DNA of 64,000 nt. Origin: Blastocladiella emersonii ATCC 22665. Lineage: Eukaryota; Fungi; Blastocladiomycota. Below the pieces are notes generated by a model. It made no database searches and was not told the origin of the DNA. It saw only the letters and a list, made by a program, of their open reading frames with translations. Each line of letters opens with the position of its first letter. Within the stretch, counting starts at the first letter, position 1. The position numbers were made by a program, and so were the translations under genes. Below are positions 57,612-64,000 of the stretch, piece after piece. The stretch is taken from assembly GCA_025594325.1 (NCBI GenBank), contig JANHCV010000009.1:868001-932000 (forward strand), read 5' to 3'.

Positions 57612-60600
57612 ATGCAGCGGAGAGACATTTTCGCTCGCGCGCGTCCGCCCCGCGCCGACGAGGCCGCCGCGCAGGTCGTCACGCCCGCCACTACCCATGC
57701 GCCGACAGCAACCAACCCGTCCGCCCGGCCGCACCCGGCCTCGTCGCCGCTGCCGCTCCTCTCCGTCTTCCTCGGCATCGCGCTCGCCCAGGAGAACTCG
57801 CCCACCATGGACTTTGGCGCCGCCACCGACAGCGCCGACCGCTCCACGTCCACGATCCGCACGCATCCCGGCGACTCGACCGTATCCACGGCCGGGTCGC
57901 GCGGTGCGTCGCTGGCGACTGACGACGACCGCACCCTCAACACGCAGGAGTGCGCCGTGATCCTCGAGGCCGCGGCTGCCGCGCGCATACGCGATGCAGC
58001 AGCCGACACAGCCGCTTCCCGCATCGACCCGTCGCCCGTCTTCGACCTGAACCTGTCACGGCCCGACCCGACGCAGCGCCGCGGCGGCATCCGCTCGTTG
58101 GACCCGCCGGGCCTGATCGCTCCCTCGCTCGGCGGCACCCCAGGCGCCTACTCGCAGGACACGACCGGTATCGTCTCGCAGTCGTTTGCCATGGACGTGG
58201 TCCCGACCCAGCACTTTCCGCCCGCGACCAACGACATTTGGCCGCCGCCCACCCCGGCGTCGGTCCCCGTTTCTGCTGCTCCGCGCTTCGCGCCCGCTCT
58301 CGGAGCGTGTCCCGAGGAGCCCTCGTCGCTGACGCCGCCGCCCGAGGAGGTGCTCGACGAGCGCGCCGCGGCTGCTTCGCGGGGCCCGGCGCAACCACCA
58401 CTCGGTCCGCCGCCGCTCCACCAACCCGCCGTATCGTCTCGCGTCGGCGTCGGCGGCCGTCCACCAGCTCGCGGACCGCCGCAGCCGATTCCGGCCGACA
58501 TCCACGATGGCGCGACGCAGGTGCTCCCGCCGCCGCAGGGGCCCGAGTACCAAGCTCGCCCCGCCGGTGTGGCGGCGGCAGCGGTCGCGCCCGATCTCCC
58601 GCCCGACATCCATGATGGGCCGACGCAGGTCCTCCCTTCGTCGCAGTCGCAGCAGCAGCAGCAGCCGGCGTACCCGCCGCCGCACTCGCACGCCACCATC
58701 ACTTCTCGCGTCGGCGTTGCTGGTCGCCCTGCCGCTCGAGCGCCGCCAAAACCGATCCCCGAGGGCATCCACGACGGCCCGACGCAGGTGCTGCCGACGT
58801 CGCAGGAGCCCGAGCTCGATATTCCCCTCGGCGGCGCGGCGTCGGCCGCGGGCACGATCTACTCGCCGCCGCTGCCCGGGATTCATGACGGACCGACGCA
58901 GGTGCTCCCGTCGTCTCAGTCGCAGCAGCCGTACCCGCCGCCACACCCACACGCCACCATCACCTCGCGCGTCGGCGTCGCTGGCCGGCCTCGCGCTCAA
59001 GCGCCGCCGCGACCGATTCCCGAGGGCATCCACGACGGTCCAACGCAGGTCCTCCCGTCGTCGCAGTCGCAGCTCCCCGAACTCGACATCCCCGCTGGCG
59101 GCGCGGCGGCATCGGCCATGTACAGCCCGCTACCACCACCCGGCATCCACGACGGGCCGACGCAGGTGCTCCCGCCGAGCCAGACGCAGCACTCTGCGCC
59201 GGGGTACGGCTCGTTCCTCGCCGCCGCCGCTGCGCGCACGCCCGACGACGTCCCCCTGTCCATGCCCGTGTTCGACGACCCCTCGCAGTCGCAGCTCGCC
59301 TCGCAGCAGACCCAGACGCAGACGCAGCTGCAGCCGCCGATCCCGAGCCCGTCGCAGCTCATGGTCACCGACGAGCCGCCGCCGTCGTGGCTCCTCCCGG
59401 CCGATTTCGTCAGTGGAGGCAGCGCCAACATGCACTCGAGCGGGCCCGGCAGCTCCAACGGCTCGGCCACGCAGTTCCAGGAGTACGCCCGCATGCGCCA
59501 CGTCGTCATCGAGGCCGCGCCGTCGCTCGACCGCGTCGCGTCCAGCGAGCGCATGCCGCCGCCGCCCCCGCCCCGCCCGCGGCGACCCGCCGAGGTTGTC
59601 GAGGTCCCGCCGACCCCGCTCGATGCGGCCAATGACGACGAGGACGACGACGGCGGTGTCGCGGATGGCGCACCAGCGCGAGTTCCGCCGCGGTCGCCGC
59701 ACCCGCAGGATACGACCGAGCCCGACATGTTCAAGGACCTCGTCGGGATCTCGACCATCCTCGACGACGGAGCGGCCGGGAACAGCGTCGTCGACGACAG
59801 CGAGCACTCGACCATGATCTTCGCGGGCCACACGCCTGCCGCCGAGCACGACGACGACAGCCAGCTCGGGTTCGCCGCCGTTTTCCCGCAGCCTGCTCCG
59901 CCCGCGCCACCGGTGCCCGCTGCACCGCCCGTGGTCGCTCCTCCACCCGTCCCAGCTCCAGCGACGGTCGCGACCCCTGCTCCTGCTGCCATCTCCCAGC
60001 CGCCGAGCCTGCCCCGCTCGCAGTCGCTGCCGCTTCCGCCCGCGCTCGTGCCGCCAAGCATTCGCTCGCTGCGCGCACCGACGCACCCGCACTCTGGCCC
60101 GCCGTCATCGTGCAGCCCGACGCTCACGTCGACCCCGCCGTTCTCGTCGCTCCCCTCGTCCGCGTCGAAACCGACTCCGCCTGCGCTCCATGCGCTGCCG
60201 CCCGCCCGTTCTCCTGCACCGCCGGCTCCTACTGCGTCACCACCACCACCCGCCGCGCCGGCCGTTCCCGCGGCTCCGTCCGCGCACGGCGAGTCGCAGC
60301 CGCGCGAACTGGCTCTCGACGATGGCGGTGCGGACGACGCCATGGACGTGGACGCGCGCGTCGAACCCGAGGCGCTGCCCGCCGACGTCGATCCCGATAC
60401 GCGCAGCGGCGGCGGGGATACGTCGTTCGTCCAGCTCGGCGACTCGTTCCTCGGCGGCTCGCCGCTCGCGCCCGCCGATACCTCGTTCCCGAGCACGCCC
60501 AAGCAGGGGTCGCCTGTGCTTCGGACTCAACGAGGTATGTATCGTTCACCGAACCGACCAGATGATCGCGATGCTAACCACCACGTTCGCAACTCTAGAC

Positions 60601-63600
60601 TACCTCCACACGCGCATGCGCGACCTGCCCGAACCCCACGCCGTCCCGCCCGAGCTCCCCTCCTCGCGGCGCCGCATTTCGCCTTCGCCGATCCGCGGCA
60701 CGCGCCACTCCCACTCGCACCACCCCGCGTCGGGCCCGCGCGGTTTCGCCGGCCTCGCCATGTCGCCCATCCTCAACGCCGACCGCACCATCGACTCGGA
60801 GCCCGCCGCCGTCGGCGACGTGTCGGCCACCCACGACGCCACCGACTCGATGCTCCTCGACGCCCTCGACCAGTCCGAGTCGCAGCAGCTCGACGCCGAG
60901 CTCGGCGCCGCCGAGGTCAACACGCAGCACGCGATCGTGCTCCGCCTCGAGCTCTCGCCCGCGCGGCCGACGGCACCTGCGCCTGTTGTCACCGCGCCAG
61001 CGCCTGCGGCGGCAGAGGTCGACGGCTGCGATCTCTCGGACGAAATCGCGCCGCCGCTCCCGTTCTCGAAGCGGCTGCAGCCGCAGGGCACCGATGCGCG
61101 AGTCGAGGGCCCGTCCAAGCGCCGGCGCAAGGTCATAGACTCGCCGCCGTCGCCCGCGTCGGATGCCGAGGGCGAGGCGCCCGCCGCGGCGGTGGCCCAC
61201 CCGCTCTCGGTCGCCGAGGCCGGCGCCGCCGACACGTCGCTCGCGTCGGTGTCAAGCCTGTCGAACCTCTCAGACACGCAGGACGCCGGTGCCGCCGCGC
61301 TGTCTCGGCTGCCGGTGCCGCCATCGCGGAAACGCGGTGCGAAACCGGCACGCAGCGCGGCTGCTGGCGGCGATGACGACGATTCCGAGGACGAGCTGAT
61401 CCAGACCGCCGTCAAGCGCCGCGCCACGGGTCCGGCGAGCAAGCACGCGACGACAACGAAGCGGCGCGGCGGCGCCATTGTCCCGCTCGCGCAAGCTGCG
61501 CCTGAGCCCGAGCCCGAACCTCCCGTCGTTGCGACCGCACCACCCGCCGCGCCGCGTGCTCCCCGTCCCCGCACCCGCGTCGCGAGCGCACCCATTGTCC
61601 CCGCCTCGGCGCCGACGCTCCCCGTCCCGCCGTCCCGCCCGCGCGCCAAGACCGATGAGACGGTTCCGACCGTCCGCAAGCTGAGCTCGCGCGTCCCGCC
61701 ACGCCGCTCGCGGCCGACCTCGTTCCGCGACCCGAACGACTCGGACTCGTCGGAATCCGACGAAGCCGACGACCCGAACGACCCCGACTACGCCACGCAG
61801 TCGGTCCCGGACGTCTTCGAGCGCACGCCGTCGCCCTCGCCGCCGCCGTCTGACCACGAGAGGGCTGCGACACCGCCCCGCGCGCTGTCGCCGTCGCCGC
61901 AGCGGCCCGCGCCTCGACGCCGCACAGGCTCCGAAATCGTGGTCGTCGTCGAGACGCGTGCACCGCTGCCGCGCCCGACCGCCGCGCCGCCCGCCGAGGA
62001 CGGGTCGCCAACTGAGTCCCGCCGCCTCAAGCGCGGCGCGCGCGAGCGCCGGGCGACCGACGCGGGCGAGCCGAGCGAGGAGTCGCCTGCGAAGCGCGCC
62101 AAGCGCGATACGCCGGCGACCACTCCTGCCCCGACCAAGACGGCGGCGACGACGACGGCCTCGCGCCGCGGTACTCGGCGAAACACGGCGACGGCGCCAT
62201 CGACGCCGACCAAGTCGCGCTCGCCGGCCCGCGACGCCAACGACGTGCCGACGCCCGTCGCGAGCCGCCTGCGCCGCAAGTCGTCGGCGCACCCGGGCTC
62301 GGACGCCGGCGGAGCGCCCGCGGCCGCTGGTGCGCTCGACCGGCTCGACTCGATCGCGTCCGCGGGCTCGACGACGCGCGCGATCCCGCGCGGCGCGCCG
62401 GCCATCCCGGGCGCGTACGCCGTGGGCGACCTGGTGTGGGCGCGGTGGACCGACAGCGAGCACTACTACCCGGCGCGCGTGCAGCAGCGGCGCGCCGCGA
62501 CCTCGTCATCGAGCTCTGCGTGGTACTACGTGCTGTTCTTCGACGGCGACAAGCTGCGGTGCCCGCACACTGACCTGCGGCCGTACGGGACCCTGCGCAA
62601 GGGCCAGAAGGTGTGGACGTACAACGGCGACGAGCTCATTGAAGCGCACGTTGCCGACGTGCCCGACGACGAGGACGACGAGTACGTGCTCGACGTCCAT
62701 GGCGGGTCCAGGCCGCGGCATGTCGGCATCGATTCGGTGCTCCTCACCGCGCAGCTCATGAAGGAGATCGATCGCGGGCGGCGGACCGCGTCTACGTCGT
62801 CGTCAGCGGCGAGCTCGGCGCGCAAGAACTCGGCCCGCACACCCGCCGCGCAGCAGCGGCAGCAGCAGCACGTCGAGGCCATGGACGTGGACGCCGACGG
62901 CGACACCCAGCCGCTCTCGCCGTCCGAGAAGATGGACTCGGACGACGACGACGCGGGGCCCGCGTCGGTCCCCGCGATCCGCCGGCGCCCGACCACGGAG
63001 CTGTTCACGCCCGCGCCGACGCGACACGCGGATACGGGCGACGTCGATGTACCGATCCCGACGCTCGCGTCGCCCACGCCGGCCGAAAACCATGCGCTGA
63101 CGTCCGCGCGGCCCACGCCCGTCCGCACCTCGCCGCGCAAGGCGATGCTCCCGTTCCAGTCGCCCATGGTCGGCAGTACCAGCGCATCCGCGGCGGGGCT
63201 GTTCGCGGGCATGTCGTTTGTCGTGACGCTGATCCACGCGGATGAGGGCGACGAGCCCGCGCCGGATTCGCTGGACCCGGACGAGATCCCGCTGCCGCCC
63301 AAGAGTACGTGTTTGCGGTCGTGAAGCGCGGCGACATTCAACTGACTCTGACGCGTCGACGTGTGTAGCCTCGCAGAACAACCCGCACTTTGACCGCGGG
63401 ATCATCTCGGCGCTCATCGTGCAGAACGGCGGCCGCGTGCTCGACTCGTTCCGCGGCGTCGAGCCCGCCACCGACATGGTCAAGTCGACCGTCTTCTGCA
63501 TCGCGTCGGGCCCGAAGCGCAGCATCAAGTACCTCATGGCGCTCGCGCTCGGCGTGCCGCGCATCTCGTGCCAGTGGGTCCTCGATTGCGTCTCGCAGGT

Positions 63601-64000
63601 GCGTTGCTCACTTTCGGGACGTGCTCGTCAACAACTGACTCTTTGTTTGTATCGTAGCGGTCCGCCATCTCGCCCTTCCGCTACGGCCTCCCGAACGGCT
63701 TCTCGCTTGAGCTCCAGTGCCAGCTCTCGACAGTGTACTGCCCGCGCTTTTTCGCGGGACGCACGTTCCAGGTCCAGGGCGACGCCGACTACCGGCAGGG
63801 GTGGACTGGCACGCTGCAAGCGTACGTTTTCTCTTGCTCTTCCATGGCGCAACTGCTCGCTCACACATATCGAGCTCTCTAGCGCCGGCGCCAACGTCGT
63901 TTCGAGCAAGGCCAAGTGCGACTACATTCTGTGCATGAACGCGCGGTCCTCGGCGGCGCGCAAGACGAGCGGCGCGGGGACCAGCGGGTCAGCGAACGGA
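57612..64000 (+). CDS. RAD9: 53BP1/Rad9/Crb2-like checkpoint mediator (SQ/TQ cluster, tandem Tudor, tandem BRCT), 3'-incomplete
   Basis: Tudor VGDLVWARWTDSEHYYPARV...YYVLFFDGD. BRCT LFAGMSFVVT, LIVQNGGRVL, KRSIKYLMALALGVPRISCQWVLDC, YGLPNGFS. Introns 60535-60598, 63305-63368 and 63599-63657 keep the frame. Confidence 0.85.
58497..59175 (+). repeat. Six coding repeats (D/G)IHDG(P/A)TQVLP in the Rad9-like protein
   Basis: Six copies read directly in ORF 57342-61376. Two larger units share P(HS/HP)HATITSRVGVAGRP...P(K/R)PIPEGIHDG...ELDIP. Confidence 0.95.

Noticed and set aside
60535-61376. ORF 57342-61376 as a complete 1344-aa protein
   Set aside because: It reads through the intron at 60535-60598; the real protein continues in frame 60190-63324 to the Tudor and BRCT domains.
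1-64000. tRNA, rRNA, LTR or giant-virus genes
   Set aside because: No cloverleaf, rRNA signature, paired LTRs, gag/pol or viral hallmark ORFs were recognised by eye; tRNAscan-SE and Infernal were not run.

Overview
GC-rich, intron-containing eukaryotic DNA, most likely from a zoosporic (flagellated) fungus such as a blastocladiomycete. This is inferred from a CFAP418 gene, a fungal-type CSL and short 53-64 nt introns with CTAAC/CTGAC branch points; no database search was run. Bases 1.4-13.4 kb are a nested transposon complex. Two related Helitron-like elements (2540-7486 and 7499-13349) sit in the same orientation 12 bp apart in the last codons of an LRR gene, and removing both restores the reading ...RLRIKLTI-stop. 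They start with TC and insert at A^T like canonical Helitrons, but also carry asymmetric inverted repeats and end in CAAG. Element A carries a Rep-less PIF1 helicase. Element B carries a nested TIR element, a LINE RNase H relic and a stratified 15-bp minisatellite. Bases 13.8-21.8 kb are compact housekeeping genes: P-type ATPase, POLD4, DCN1-like, Rud3-like golgin, CFAP418 and SCP2. Bases 22-37.6 kb hold a duplicated Cys-rich orphan gene pair and a decayed ~4.2-kb tandem duplication. Bases 38-64 kb hold EIF1AD, a frameshifted S9 peptidase, CSL, a homeobox gene, a SUN protein, a MATH-like/BTB cluster and a 53BP1/Rad9-like gene that runs off the end. No rRNA, tRNA or CRISPR array could be supported.
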